A stretch of 64,000 bases of DNA from an uncultured Caulobacterales bacterium (lineage in GTDB: Bacteria; Pseudomonadota; Alphaproteobacteria; Caulobacterales; Parvularculaceae): the NCBI GenBank assembly GCA_964342855.1, contig CAYFIB010000013.1:1352-65351 (forward strand), read 5' to 3'. The translations under genes were made by a program, and so were the position numbers. Each line of letters opens with the position of its first letter. The first letter of the stretch is position 1. Below, one piece after another: positions 46,832 to 56,400 of this stretch. Below the pieces are notes generated by a model. It had not been told where the DNA came from and searched no databases. It was given only the letters and a program-made list of their open reading frames with translations.

Positions 46832-48298
46832 TTATTCAGAGGGCGAAACGACGCCGCCGCCTACAACCTGATCCGCGCCCTTCAGGCCGATATCGAAGTT
46901 TTCGAGATAAGCGTTCGGCTCGCGGCCGTTGAAAACGACCCCGTCGATGAACTCGCTCTGCGGTTCACGATAGCCATCCGTCCCCCATGGGAACGCTGCT
47001 TCTTCAGCGAGATCGTCATCGACCAGAGAGCGCGCCGCCGTAAGGTAGATATCCGGACGGTAGACCTTGCGAGCCACTTCGTCGTACCAGGCGTCCGATT
47101 GCTGTTCGGCGATCTGCCCCCAACGACGCATCTGCGATAGATACCAGACGGCGTCAGAGTAGTATGGATACGTTGCATTATAGCGAAAGAAGACGTTGAA
47201 GTCCGGAATTTCCCGTTTATCGCCTTTTTCGTATTCGAAAGTGCCGGTCATCGAATTGGCGATGACGTCGTAATCGGCGCCAACATATTCGGGCCGCGCC
47301 AGAATCTCCACAGCCTCATGACGATTGGCGTTGTCGTTCTCGTCAAGCCAGATGGCCGCCCGGATGAGCGCTCGAGTGACCGCGAGAACCGTGTTCGGAT
47401 TTTCTTCCGCGAAGTTCGCTGAAAAACCGAAAACCTTTTCAGGATTATCTTTCCAAATCTCATAGTCCGTGATGACCGGAACGCCGACGCCTTTGAAGAC
47501 GGCTTGCTGATTCCATGGCTCGCCCACGCAATAGCCATAAATCGTGCCAGCCTCGAGCGTCGCGGGCATCTGCGGGGGCGGAGTGACGGAAAGCAGCGCC
47601 TCGGCCTGTATCTGTCCGGAAACGTCATCGGGCGAATAGTAGCCCGGGTGAACGCCGCCTGCAGCGAGCCAGTACCGCAGTTCGTAGTTGTGCGTCGAAA
47701 CGGGGAAGACCATGCCCATATTGAACGGGCGCCCTTCATCACGGAACTTCTCAACAACAGGCTTCAGGTGTTCCGCGCCGATAGGATGTACGGGAAACCC
47801 GTCAGGCTGCTTTGGAATGCCGGGCTTCATCACCTCCCAGACTTCATTGGAAACGGTTATTCCGTTACCATTCAGGTCCATGGAGAACGGCGTGATGATA
47901 TGCGCCTCGGTGCCATAACCGATCGTCGCCGCGAGCGGCTGACCGGCAAGCATGTGCGCGCCTTCAAGCTCGCCATCGATCACCCGATCAAGTAGAACTT
48001 TCCAGTTGGCCTGCGGTTCAAGAGTTACGTAGAGCCCTTCGTCTTCGAAGTAGCCCTTCTCATACGCGATCGCGAGGGGCGCCATGTCCGTGAGCTTGAT
48101 GAAGCCGAAGGTCAGATCAGACACCTCAACATCATACTCTGGAAGCTGGACCTCAGATACCGGAACTTCTTTAGACGAGCCGACCTCTTCAGTCGGCGTT
48201 TCACCGCCGCACGCGGCGAGTGTCAGGATCGCGATAATCGCGCGTCCGCTGGAACGGACTGAAAATTTATGCGGGGCGTGTGTGAATGGCGTTGTCAT
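46832..48298 (-). CDS. nrtA: Nitrate ABC transporter substrate-binding lipoprotein (CmpA/NrtA family)
   Basis: Lipobox ILTLAAC. NrtA-like blocks: [46 protein letters not shown]. Confidence 0.8.
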   Translation of the reverse strand: MTTPFTHAPHKFSVRSSGRAIIAILTLAACGGETPTEEVGSSKEVPVSEVQLPEYDVEVSDLTFGFIKLTDMAPLAIAYEKGYFEDEGLYVTLEPQANWKVLLDRVIDGELEGAHMLAGQPLAATIGYGTEAHIITPFSMDLNGNGITVSNEVWEVMKPGIPKQPDGFPVHPIGAEHLKPVVEKFRDEGRPFNMGMVFPVSTHNYELRYWLAAGGVHPGYYSPDDVSGQIQAEALLSVTPPPQMPATLEAGTIYGYCVGEPWNQQAVFKGVGVPVITDYEIWKDNPEKVFGFSANFAEENPNTVLAVTRALIRAAIWLDENDNANRHEAVEILARPEYVGADYDVIANSMTGTFEYEKGDKREIPDFNVFFRYNATYPYYSDAVWYLSQMRRWGQIAEQQSDAWYDEVARKVYRPDIYLTAARSLVDDDLAEEAAFPWGTDGYREPQSEFIDGVVFNGREPNAYLENFDIGLKGADQVVGGGVVSPSE

Positions 48299-48466
48299 GG
48301 CGTCGACATCCTATGTTGCGCGTCGCAGCGCGGAGCGATCCGCGCGCAGACAGCAAAACCCGTTGAACTTCTCAGCACACCCGCTTTTCAGCGAAGGCGC
48401 ATCGTGCCGCTTCGCGGCGTTTTATGCCCAACGTCGGACGTCGATTTCGGAATTTGGCGTTTCCGG

Positions 48467-48488
48467 TTTGTGACAGCGTCGTCACAAA
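48467..48488. promoter_or_regulatory. Perfect 8-bp inverted repeat TTTGTGAC-N6-GTCACAAA in the nrtA upstream region
   Basis: Lies about 170-190 nt upstream of the nrtA ATG. It could be a dimeric regulator site or a transcribed hairpin. Confidence 0.3.
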
Positions 48489-48644
48489 TTCAAGGAAGCA
48501 TAATCGCCCGCCCAAAGCGAGAACTATTTTGCTGCGCTGCAGAATTTTTGCAGAGAATGGACGTTTCAAGATGGTTTTGTGCGATTTTATCGCGACATAA
48601 TGGCTTTTTTAGCTAATTTATATCCTGGAAGCGATTCTCCCAAA

Positions 48645-48665
48645 CAGGCTGGCCTTCACAGCCTG
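48645..48665 (-). terminator. Possible terminator of the a2M-pbpC operon
   Basis: CAGGCTG-N7-CAGCCTG. In the minus sense it is followed by TTTGGG, a weak U-tract. Confidence 0.3.
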
Positions 48666-48771
48666 CTACCCCGCCGCCCCGATTTGGCGTGAACGCCCTC
48701 GCGATCTGGGCATTGCTCGACGGCCAAACGAATGCTCGTGCTCGCCTCCGAGGAAGCAACATGCCGACACG

Positions 48772-50772
48772 CTAGGATTGGGTCTCAAATACCCGGACGT
48801 TCACGGAGGCGACATTCCCCTCTCGGTCAACCACGCTGACCTCGTAGAAGCCGACCCCTGCGGGCCGCCATTCCGCGCGACCGCCGACGTCGACGAGCGG
48901 CGCTCCGTTTACATACCAGTTGAGACCGGCGCCGCGACCCGCCAGAACGACCGGGCGACCGCTGGCGCGGTGGAGCGGCAGCTCCGCCCCCTCCGATGGA
49001 AAAACGATGCGCGGGCCCGTGACGGAGCTGACGGCGGCGCTGACCCAAGGCGCCGGCGGCGCGGGGGCGTCCGTTCCTCCGCGTTCGTTGGGCAGAATAT
49101 CGAACAGGCGCCTCAGCAACGGCGCCGCGGCTTCAAGGCCCGTCGCGCCCGGTCGCGGCGTCCCGTCCGCACGACCGACCCAGACCACCACCACGTAGCC
49201 GCCGCCGACGCCCGCGGCCCAGGCGTCCCGAAAACCCCAGGACGTGCCCGTCTTTATGGCGACGCGCGGCCCATCCGCCGACAGGGCCGAGGGCGCGCGG
49301 CCCGACGGCGACGGCGCGTCGATCAGGATGCGGCGCACTTTCGCGGCGGCGGCGTCGCTCATAACGGCGTATCCGTCGCTCTCTCCGCCCTTTTCCGTCC
49401 AATGGAGAGGCGCCGTCGCCCCCTCTCCCGCCAGCGCGGTGTAGAGGAGCGCTAGATCGGACAAGGAAAGCCCCGCCCCGCCGAGGGCGACCGGCAGCCC
49501 CGCGCGTCCGTCCGTTGATGGCGGAAGATCAAGCGGCGCGCCCGCGGCGTCCAGTTGCGCGGCGAAGCGCTCCGCGCCGACGCGGCTGAGGAGATCGACC
49601 GCCGGCACATTGAGGGAATGGCGAAGCGCGTCGCGGGCGGAAAGATCGCCCTGGTGCGTCCGGTCGAAGTTTTCCGGCGCATACGTCCCGAACGCTTCGG
49701 GCCGGTCGTGCAGGGTCGTCTCCGGCGCCGCGACGCCTGCATCAAACGCCATGGCGTAGATGAAGGGTTTGAGCGTGGAGCCCGGCGAGCGCGAGGCCGC
49801 GGTCAGGTCCACCCACCCGCCCGGCCGGTCACGACCCGCCGAGCCGACATGCGCACGCACGGCGCCGCTCGCCGCCTCGACGATCAGCGCCGCCGCCTGC
49901 ACCTCGTCCCCTTCCAGGAGCGCGTGACTGCGGACGATCTCTTCAGCGATGCGCTGAAGGTTCGCGTCGAGCGTGGAGCGGGCTTCGGTTGACGCAGCCT
50001 CAGCGAGGGCGCGTCGGGCGCCAGCGTCGGCCATCTGCGGAAAATCGCGGCGGCGCGGCGCAGGCGCGGAGAGAAGCGCGGCGCGGCTTTCGTCTGTCAG
50101 CATACCGACCGCTGCGAGGCGTTCACCGATGCGCGCCCGGGCGGCGCGGGCCGCATCCGGGCGACGGTCCGGGCGCCGCGCCTCGGGGGCCTGCGGCAAA
50201 GCGATGAGCAGCGCCTCCTCGGCCGGGTCGAGGTCCGCAGGCTCCTTGCCGAAATAAGCGAGGCTTGCGGCGCGCACGCCCTCCAGATTGCCGCCATAGG
50301 GCGTGAGGGTGAGGTAGAGCTCCAATATCTCCCGCTTCGAGAGCCGCGCCTCGATCTGCAGCGCCCGGAGCGCCTCAATGAACTTGGAGCCGATGGTGCG
50401 CGGGCGCGGCTCCAGAAGCCGCGCCGTCTGCATGGTGATGGTTGAAGCGCCCGAGGTGACGCGCCCGGCGCGAACGCCATCCGCCGTCGCGCGCGCGACG
50501 GCGAGCGGGTCGACGCCCCAATGGGAGTAGAAGCGCGCGTCTTCGACAGAGATCAGGCGTTCGATAAACTCCGGATCAAGATCATCGAGTTTCGCGGGGA
50601 GGCGCCAGCGTTGTTCGCTGTTCGAGTAGGCCGCCAGCGGTCGTCCTTCACGATCCAGGACAAGGGAGGAGACGTCCCCCGCCCGTTCGATCGGCGGCGG
50701 GAGCGCGCGGTCGAGGGCGACGACCATCAGGACGACGCCAAGCGCCGCCAGGATCGCGCCTCTCAACCTCAC
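48772..50772 (-). CDS. pbpC: Penicillin-binding protein 1C (transglycosylase/transpeptidase)
   Basis: GT51 motifs (SVEDARFYSHWGVDP, GASTITMQ). Transpeptidase motifs SPGSTLKPF, SLN and KTGTS. BiPBP_C-like C-terminus. Confidence 0.85.
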   Translation of the reverse strand: MRLRGAILAALGVVLMVVALDRALPPPIERAGDVSSLVLDREGRPLAAYSNSEQRWRLPAKLDDLDPEFIERLISVEDARFYSHWGVDPLAVARATADGVRAGRVTSGASTITMQTARLLEPRPRTIGSKFIEALRALQIEARLSKREILELYLTLTPYGGNLEGVRAASLAYFGKEPADLDPAEEALLIALPQAPEARRPDRRPDAARAARARIGERLAAVGMLTDESRAALLSAPAPRRRDFPQMADAGARRALAEAASTEARSTLDANLQRIAEEIVRSHALLEGDEVQAAALIVEAASGAVRAHVGSAGRDRPGGWVDLTAASRSPGSTLKPFIYAMAFDAGVAAPETTLHDRPEAFGTYAPENFDRTHQGDLSARDALRHSLNVPAVDLLSRVGAERFAAQLDAAGAPLDLPPSTDGRAGLPVALGGAGLSLSDLALLYTALAGEGATAPLHWTEKGGESDGYAVMSDAAAAKVRRILIDAPSPSGRAPSALSADGPRVAIKTGTSWGFRDAWAAGVGGGYVVVVWVGRADGTPRPGATGLEAAAPLLRRLFDILPNERGGTDAPAPPAPWVSAAVSSVTGPRIVFPSEGAELPLHRASGRPVVLAGRGAGLNWYVNGAPLVDVGGRAEWRPAGVGFYEVSVVDREGNVASVNVRVFETQS

Positions 50773-50783
50773 GGGTCAGCCTC

Positions 50784-53700
50784 TCACTGCGCGGACGCGA
50801 TGGCGACGCGCCCCGAGGCCGAACGCGCGAAGACCGCCGGACGGTACATGTCCTCCGCCACCGCCCCCGGCATGGCGAAGTCGCCGGGCGTCACCGCACG
50901 GACGAGATAGGCGAGCCGCCGCGGTTCGCCCCGCAGGTCGATGGCCGCGACATAGCGGTCGTCCCGCGCTTCGGCGATCTTTGCGCGATGGAGCACGCCG
51001 GCGAACGCGTAAGGCCCGTCATAGTCCCCGTTCGGATCGGCGCCGTCATTGGGCCCGAGGGTCGTCTCGATCTCGAAGCCCGGCGGCAGAAGATCGGCGA
51101 TGACGATCGGGTGCGTGACGGAATCCTCCGGACGCACCTCGACGACGATCAGCAGCCGGTCGTTCTGGCGCACCTCGGCGAGATCGACCGCCTCGCCCGT
51201 ACGCGAGAGGATGCGCTTGGAGATGGCGAGGCCCGAGGCCGTCGCTTCCGGCGGATCGACCGGGTCGCCCTTGGCCGATACGGTTGCGTAAACCGTTCCG
51301 TTCCCGGCGTTCTGGAACGCCGCGCCGTCATCGAAAGCGGATGCCGAGACCGGCCAGCCCACGATGGGGCCGGACTTGGTCTCCGCCCCGCCCGCGACTT
51401 TCACCGCGCCGGCGCGCGCCAGCATGGCGTCGGCGGCGAGGAGGAGGAACGCCTTCTCCTGCGTGTGCATCATCCGCGCGTCCTTCATGGAGGCGGACAT
51501 GGCCGCGACGAAGCGCTCCGCATACGCCTCCTCCCCGGCTTCCAGCGCGACGGCGACCGCGCCCGCCGCGTCCCGCAGGGAGGACTGGTAATAGTCGTCC
51601 CGGTTCTCATAGCCGAGGGCTTTCTCCGCCAGCGCGAAGGCGGAATTCGCGCGAGCGACGTCGCCCATCATCTTCAGCGCCGCGCCCAGTTGCGCGCGGG
51701 CGAGCGGCGACGGCGTCTTCTTGATCCACGCATCGTGCGCGTAACGCAGGTCCGCGAGGTCCGCCTTGCCTGCGCGGGCGAGGACGTACAGCGAATAGGC
51801 CGCGGCGCGACGGCGGAGATATTCCGTCGAATCCGCCGGCGCCCAGCGCCGGTCGATCCGTGTCTCATAGCCGAGATACGTCCACTGATCGGCGTTGGAG
51901 AGCTCGCGAAGAGAAGCGTACGCCCGTTCCAGCGCCTCATCCGGAACCACGCGGCCGGAAGCTTTGGCTTTCTCAAGGAACTCCACGACATAAGGCGCGA
52001 GCCACGCCGACGCCGCCCGGTCGCCCGCGCGCCACAGACCAAACGCTCCGTCCGTCGTCTGACGGTCGAGGATCTGGTTGACCGCGTCCTGCACCCGCGC
52101 GCGCTCGGCGCGGTCGGGGGCGGCTTCCTTCGCATACGCTGCAAGGCGCTCGGAGAGGAGGAGCGGCATGGCGGAGGAGACGAGCTGCTCCGTGCAGCCG
52201 TAAGGATACGTGTACAGCGAGGCGATGAGCGCCCCCGGCTCGATCCCGGCGAGCGGCGAGAAGGAGACCGAGGCTTCGAGGCTCGACGGGGCGAGCCCCG
52301 CGATCTCGCCGCCCGAGAGCGTCAGGCTCTCCCCGGCGCCGAGCGCGATCGTCCGGGAGCGGCGCTCCGGATACCAGGGCGAGCGGGACTGGATGTCGTA
52401 GCGGCGCGAGACCGCGAAACCCTCCGGCCCCGACACGGAAAGCGCGACCGAACCGAGGCCGACCGGCCCGCCTTCAATCGGCACGGCGGCGGATTTCCGC
52501 TCGCCTTCGTCAAGCGCGAGCGTGCGCGACGCGTCCGCCGCGGCGGCGCCCTCGGCGTCTATCTCGGCTTGATAGTCGCCCGCGGCGCCTTCCACATTGT
52601 CGATGGAGAGCGTCGCCTGCGCGGCGTCCCCCGGCGCGAGGAAACGCGGCAAGATGAGCCGTGCAGGAACTTCATCGCGCACAGTGAGCGGTTCAGCGAG
52701 AGCGCCGAGGGCCGTTTCGCTCCACGCGACGGCCATCAGGCGCAGCTCGCCATTGAAGTCCGGCACGTCGAGGGTGATCTCCGCCTCGCCGTCCTCGCCG
52801 ACATCCACCAGCCCCGAAAAGAGCGCGACGGATTTCTCCGGGACGACCGTCAGCCCCTCCCCGCCGATCTGGTCGCCACCGAACTTGGCGGGCGCGCCGA
52901 GATTGGGATCAAGGAGACGGGAATAGTCATCATAAAGACCGACGCCGAGGCGCTTCTTGCCGAAATACCAGCCTAACGGGTCCGGCGAGGCGTGCTTGGT
53001 CAGCCGCAGGATGCCTTCGTCCACCGCGGCGATGGTGAGGTTCGCGCGTTCGCCCGCCGCGCCTTCGATGCGCACCGGGAGGGTCAATTCTCCGCGCGGG
53101 CGCAGTAGCTCCGGCGCGCCAAGCTCGACCTCCAGCGTGCGCGCGCCCATGTCGAACGGCACATAGGCGACGCCCATGGCGCGCCGCGGCACGGGACGAT
53201 CCGCGGGCGACCGCGGCGTGACGACCGTCGCGAGCACGTAGACGCCCGCGCCCCAGGAGGGGTCCGTCTCGATCTCGATCTCGCGCCCCCGTTCGGACAC
53301 GGAATAGCGCTTCACATCGAGAATGCGGTCCGAGGCGACGACGATCATCGCCTCCCCGGCGTAAGGCGGGCGTAGAGAAAGCGTCACCGTCTCGCCCGGC
53401 TTTACCGGCGTTTCAGGCGCCGTCAGCGTCGCCTCGTCCGGCGCGGCGGCGCCGTCGGCCCAGGAGCGCCAGCCGACCCAGAAGCGTAAGGTTGTCTCCG
53501 CGCCCGTCGCGGGGTCCGTCGCCGTCAGGCGGTAGGTGCCGTAGTCGAGGCGCCGGGTGAGCGACGCTGTTCCATCCTCGGCGGTCTCAATGGAACCTTC
53601 CGACACCGGAAGATCGCGATAGACGCGCCGCCACCGCCACTGGCCGCCGGAGCGGTACCAGTCGAACCAGTAGTCTTCCTCCGTCAGGCGCCAATCGAGA

Positions 53701-55724
53701 TCCCCCGAAACCGGCGCCCCGTCGCGATTGAGGAGAAGAAGATCGATCCCCGCCGGATCATTCGCGCCGACGCTGCGCGCGCCGTCGGAGAGACGCAGGC
53801 CCACATAACGCTCGGCGGCGCGCAGCGGCACGCGGGCGCTTTCGCGCACGGCCCGCCCGCCCGGCTCCAGCGCCGCGACGACGATGTCGGCGCGCAGGGG
53901 CGCCGCGGCGCGGATGTCGCTCTCGATTTCGAGCGGGATCTCCGCGACGCCGTCGCCATCAGTCGTGCGCATGGGCAAGGTGAGGAAACGCTGATCGAAC
54001 CCGCCTTCCAGCGGGCCGAAGCGGTAACCGCGATAGTCCGGGAACGGGTTCGGATCGAGGCGCAGGCGCGCTTCGGATTCGATGGTGAGACCGGAACCCG
54101 GCGCGCCGTAGAGGAACCGAACGTCGGTGCGCAGCGTGCGCGTGTCGCCTGGCTTCAGGGGCGTTTCGTCGTCGGCGTCGAGTTTCACCTCGATGGTCTG
54201 CGGAACGAAATCCTCGACCGAAACGGAGGCGCCGCCAACATAGCCCGCGCCGTCCAATTCGTAGGAGAACCGCCACTCGCCGCGCGGGGCGGATTTCGGC
54301 AGATCGTAGGAAAGCGAGAAGCCGCCGAGATCGAGCCCCGGCGTGCGCAGGCGCGCGGCCTCCGTGCCGTTCGGGCGGGAGATGACGACCGAGCCCGGAC
54401 GATCATCAATGGCGACGCCGAAGGCGTCGCGCACGAGACCGGTGAGGTACACCCGCTCGCCCGGCCGGTAGATGCCGCGATCCGTGTAGAGATAAGCGTC
54501 GAAGTCCCCCGACGCGTATCGACCGCCGACGCCGCGGTCGGAAAGATCAAGCTGCGCGCGGTCGAGATCGAGGGCGGCGAAGTCGGCATCCTTCCCATAG
54601 GCCATGACCATGCGCGCGCGATCCGGGCCGGAGCCGCGGACGAGGGATTCAGCAAACCGTACGAGGCCGTCGCCGTCCGTCGCGGCCGTGTCGAGAATGT
54701 CGTTGTTGGCGGCGATGAGTTCGACCTTCACGCCGGAAACGGGTTTCGCGGTTTTAAGCGACCTTGCGACGACCATGAGGCCGTCCGTGCCCTGATAGGT
54801 GGTGAGCGCAAGATCGGTGAAGAGGATCCACCGCCAGGCGCGCGCGGCGTCGCCCTCCTCCACGCCTTCTGAGGCGTCGGCGAGCTCGACGAAATAGGCG
54901 CCCGGCTCGAAGCTTTCGAGGGCCGCGCCGAGCGGGAAGACGGTCGTCGCGGCGACATTGCGCTCGCCGTCCACGTCGAATTCGCCTTCATAGACGATAA
55001 CGCCGACATCGCGGCCGTTCTCGCGCTCAGGCGCGTAGAAATAATCGTCCTCATCGAGCGTGCGGCCTTCGACAATGGCGCGCTGGGCGAGGATGCGGTC
55101 GCCGACACGGCGTACCCGCACGCGCAACCGGTCGATGTTCACGGTTTCGACGCCGAGACCGTCCGCATCCGTCCGTGGCAGGATGACCCCATCGCCGGCG
55201 AACGCGACGTAGGCCGGCTTGTCGCCAAAGGAGATGGAGACCGTTTCGCCGCGGGCGAGGGTTTCGCCGTCCGCCGCTGGAAGACCGGCGCGCACGGTGG
55301 CGCGATAGTCGCGGTCGAATTCAAGGCCGGTGAGGCAGAGCTTCTCGCCCTCCGCCGTCGCCGCGGCCCGCGGCGCGCCCTCCACCGAGACATAGTCCGT
55401 ATAGGCGACAGAGCCGTCCTTCACGAGCTTGCGCGAGAAAACGAGGCAGGCCTTGGGCGCCGCGCCCGAAGTGTCCGTCTCCATCCGGATGAGCTGAAAG
55501 CCTTCGGTCGCCTCACGCGCCGGACGCGGGGCGCCGTCGCGGCGCGGCTCGCGCCAGCGGGCGTTCGGGTCGCTCGCATCAGCGCTGCGCGCGTCATCGG
55601 CGCGCGGCGTCCCCTCGCCCGTCAACAGCCCGGTAAGTTCCGTGTGGGTTCCGACGACGACCCCGCCCGCGAAGGCGGCGGCGAGCGCGACGACGGGAAC
55701 GACGAGGCGGATGATCCAGGACAT
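50784..55724 (-). CDS. Bacterial alpha-2-macroglobulin family protein (YfhM/ECAM-like) with an intact thioester motif
   Basis: 1646 aa with an N-terminal membrane anchor. Thioester site YPYGCTEQLVSS. The gene is 11 nt upstream of pbpC. Confidence 0.9.
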   Translation of the reverse strand: MSWIIRLVVPVVALAAAFAGGVVVGTHTELTGLLTGEGTPRADDARSADASDPNARWREPRRDGAPRPAREATEGFQLIRMETDTSGAAPKACLVFSRKLVKDGSVAYTDYVSVEGAPRAAATAEGEKLCLTGLEFDRDYRATVRAGLPAADGETLARGETVSISFGDKPAYVAFAGDGVILPRTDADGLGVETVNIDRLRVRVRRVGDRILAQRAIVEGRTLDEDDYFYAPERENGRDVGVIVYEGEFDVDGERNVAATTVFPLGAALESFEPGAYFVELADASEGVEEGDAARAWRWILFTDLALTTYQGTDGLMVVARSLKTAKPVSGVKVELIAANNDILDTAATDGDGLVRFAESLVRGSGPDRARMVMAYGKDADFAALDLDRAQLDLSDRGVGGRYASGDFDAYLYTDRGIYRPGERVYLTGLVRDAFGVAIDDRPGSVVISRPNGTEAARLRTPGLDLGGFSLSYDLPKSAPRGEWRFSYELDGAGYVGGASVSVEDFVPQTIEVKLDADDETPLKPGDTRTLRTDVRFLYGAPGSGLTIESEARLRLDPNPFPDYRGYRFGPLEGGFDQRFLTLPMRTTDGDGVAEIPLEIESDIRAAAPLRADIVVAALEPGGRAVRESARVPLRAAERYVGLRLSDGARSVGANDPAGIDLLLLNRDGAPVSGDLDWRLTEEDYWFDWYRSGGQWRWRRVYRDLPVSEGSIETAEDGTASLTRRLDYGTYRLTATDPATGAETTLRFWVGWRSWADGAAAPDEATLTAPETPVKPGETVTLSLRPPYAGEAMIVVASDRILDVKRYSVSERGREIEIETDPSWGAGVYVLATVVTPRSPADRPVPRRAMGVAYVPFDMGARTLEVELGAPELLRPRGELTLPVRIEGAAGERANLTIAAVDEGILRLTKHASPDPLGWYFGKKRLGVGLYDDYSRLLDPNLGAPAKFGGDQIGGEGLTVVPEKSVALFSGLVDVGEDGEAEITLDVPDFNGELRLMAVAWSETALGALAEPLTVRDEVPARLILPRFLAPGDAAQATLSIDNVEGAAGDYQAEIDAEGAAAADASRTLALDEGERKSAAVPIEGGPVGLGSVALSVSGPEGFAVSRRYDIQSRSPWYPERRSRTIALGAGESLTLSGGEIAGLAPSSLEASVSFSPLAGIEPGALIASLYTYPYGCTEQLVSSAMPLLLSERLAAYAKEAAPDRAERARVQDAVNQILDRQTTDGAFGLWRAGDRAASAWLAPYVVEFLEKAKASGRVVPDEALERAYASLRELSNADQWTYLGYETRIDRRWAPADSTEYLRRRAAAYSLYVLARAGKADLADLRYAHDAWIKKTPSPLARAQLGAALKMMGDVARANSAFALAEKALGYENRDDYYQSSLRDAAGAVAVALEAGEEAYAERFVAAMSASMKDARMMHTQEKAFLLLAADAMLARAGAVKVAGGAETKSGPIVGWPVSASAFDDGAAFQNAGNGTVYATVSAKGDPVDPPEATASGLAISKRILSRTGEAVDLAEVRQNDRLLIVVEVRPEDSVTHPIVIADLLPPGFEIETTLGPNDGADPNGDYDGPYAFAGVLHRAKIAEARDDRYVAAIDLRGEPRRLAYLVRAVTPGDFAMPGAVAEDMYRPAVFARSASGRVAIASAQ

Positions 55725-55921
55725 GGCGTGCGCGGCGGCCGTTTTGGCCGCTCCCCTTTTTCAGCGCCCGTCGGACGCGCTTCGTTTGGTTCAGGAAATC
55801 GCGGCGGCGTGGCGCGAATACGGCCTGATCGCGACGCCCCCGTCCGCAATTCCTCCCCTGATCGACAAGGTTAAATTGCGGGAGCCGCTGCGGCAATCGC
55901 ACGCGAAGCGCCTGATATCAC

Positions 55922-56386
55922 TCAGAAGTTGGCGACGCGGCGACAGTGGGTGAGCGGGTATTGCGGCCGATCACCCGGCCAGACGCCGGTCAGCGTTCGG
56001 AAGTCAAAAAGCTCGATGCGGCGACTGTCGAGATAGCGCGGGGCGTTGATGATCCGCCCGTTTGCGTCCCGATAGACGGCGACGCGGCGCCGGGCCGTCA
56101 CCTTGCCGTCGGTGAACCGGCAGGCGTCGTAAATGAATTCCCCGCCGCCGCCCGGCTGACGACCATCGCAGAAATTGATCGACCAGTATTTGGCGTGGGT
56201 GAATTTCACCGTCGCGGGCGCGGCGTCGCTTACCTGCACGTAAGCGGCGTCCCCGCCAAGGGCCGCTGTGTTCTCCAGACTGCAGAAATAGGTGCGCGTG
56301 CCGTATGCGGTGCTTTCAGCGGCGGATGCCGATGCTGGAGCGAGGGCGAGGAGCAACGCGACGGCCAGCATTTCCTCCCCCTTCAT
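55922..56386 (-). CDS. Small secreted 4-Cys protein of unknown function
   Basis: Signal peptide MLAVALLLALAPASASA. Four Cys in the mature part. The start is 56386 or 56371. Last gene of the caspase operon. Confidence 0.5.
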   Translation of the reverse strand: MKGEEMLAVALLLALAPASASAAESTAYGTRTYFCSLENTAALGGDAAYVQVSDAAPATVKFTHAKYWSINFCDGRQPGGGGEFIYDACRFTDGKVTARRRVAVYRDANGRIINAPRYLDSRRIELFDFRTLTGVWPGDRPQYPLTHCRRVANF

Positions 56387-56400
56387 TCACGCGGCGTCGC

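Noticed and set aside
48395-48415. A sigma-54 type promoter (GGCACG...) in the nrtA leader.
   Set aside because: GG and GC elements are present, but the spacing and the TTGC part do not fit TGGCAC-N5-TTGC.
55735-55761. Hairpin GCGGCC-gtttt-GGCCGC followed by a T-run next to the a2M start.
   Set aside because: The T-run is on the plus strand, where nothing is transcribed towards it. On the coding (minus) strand it lies in the a2M 5' UTR without a U-tract, so it is not a convincing terminator for the caspase operon.
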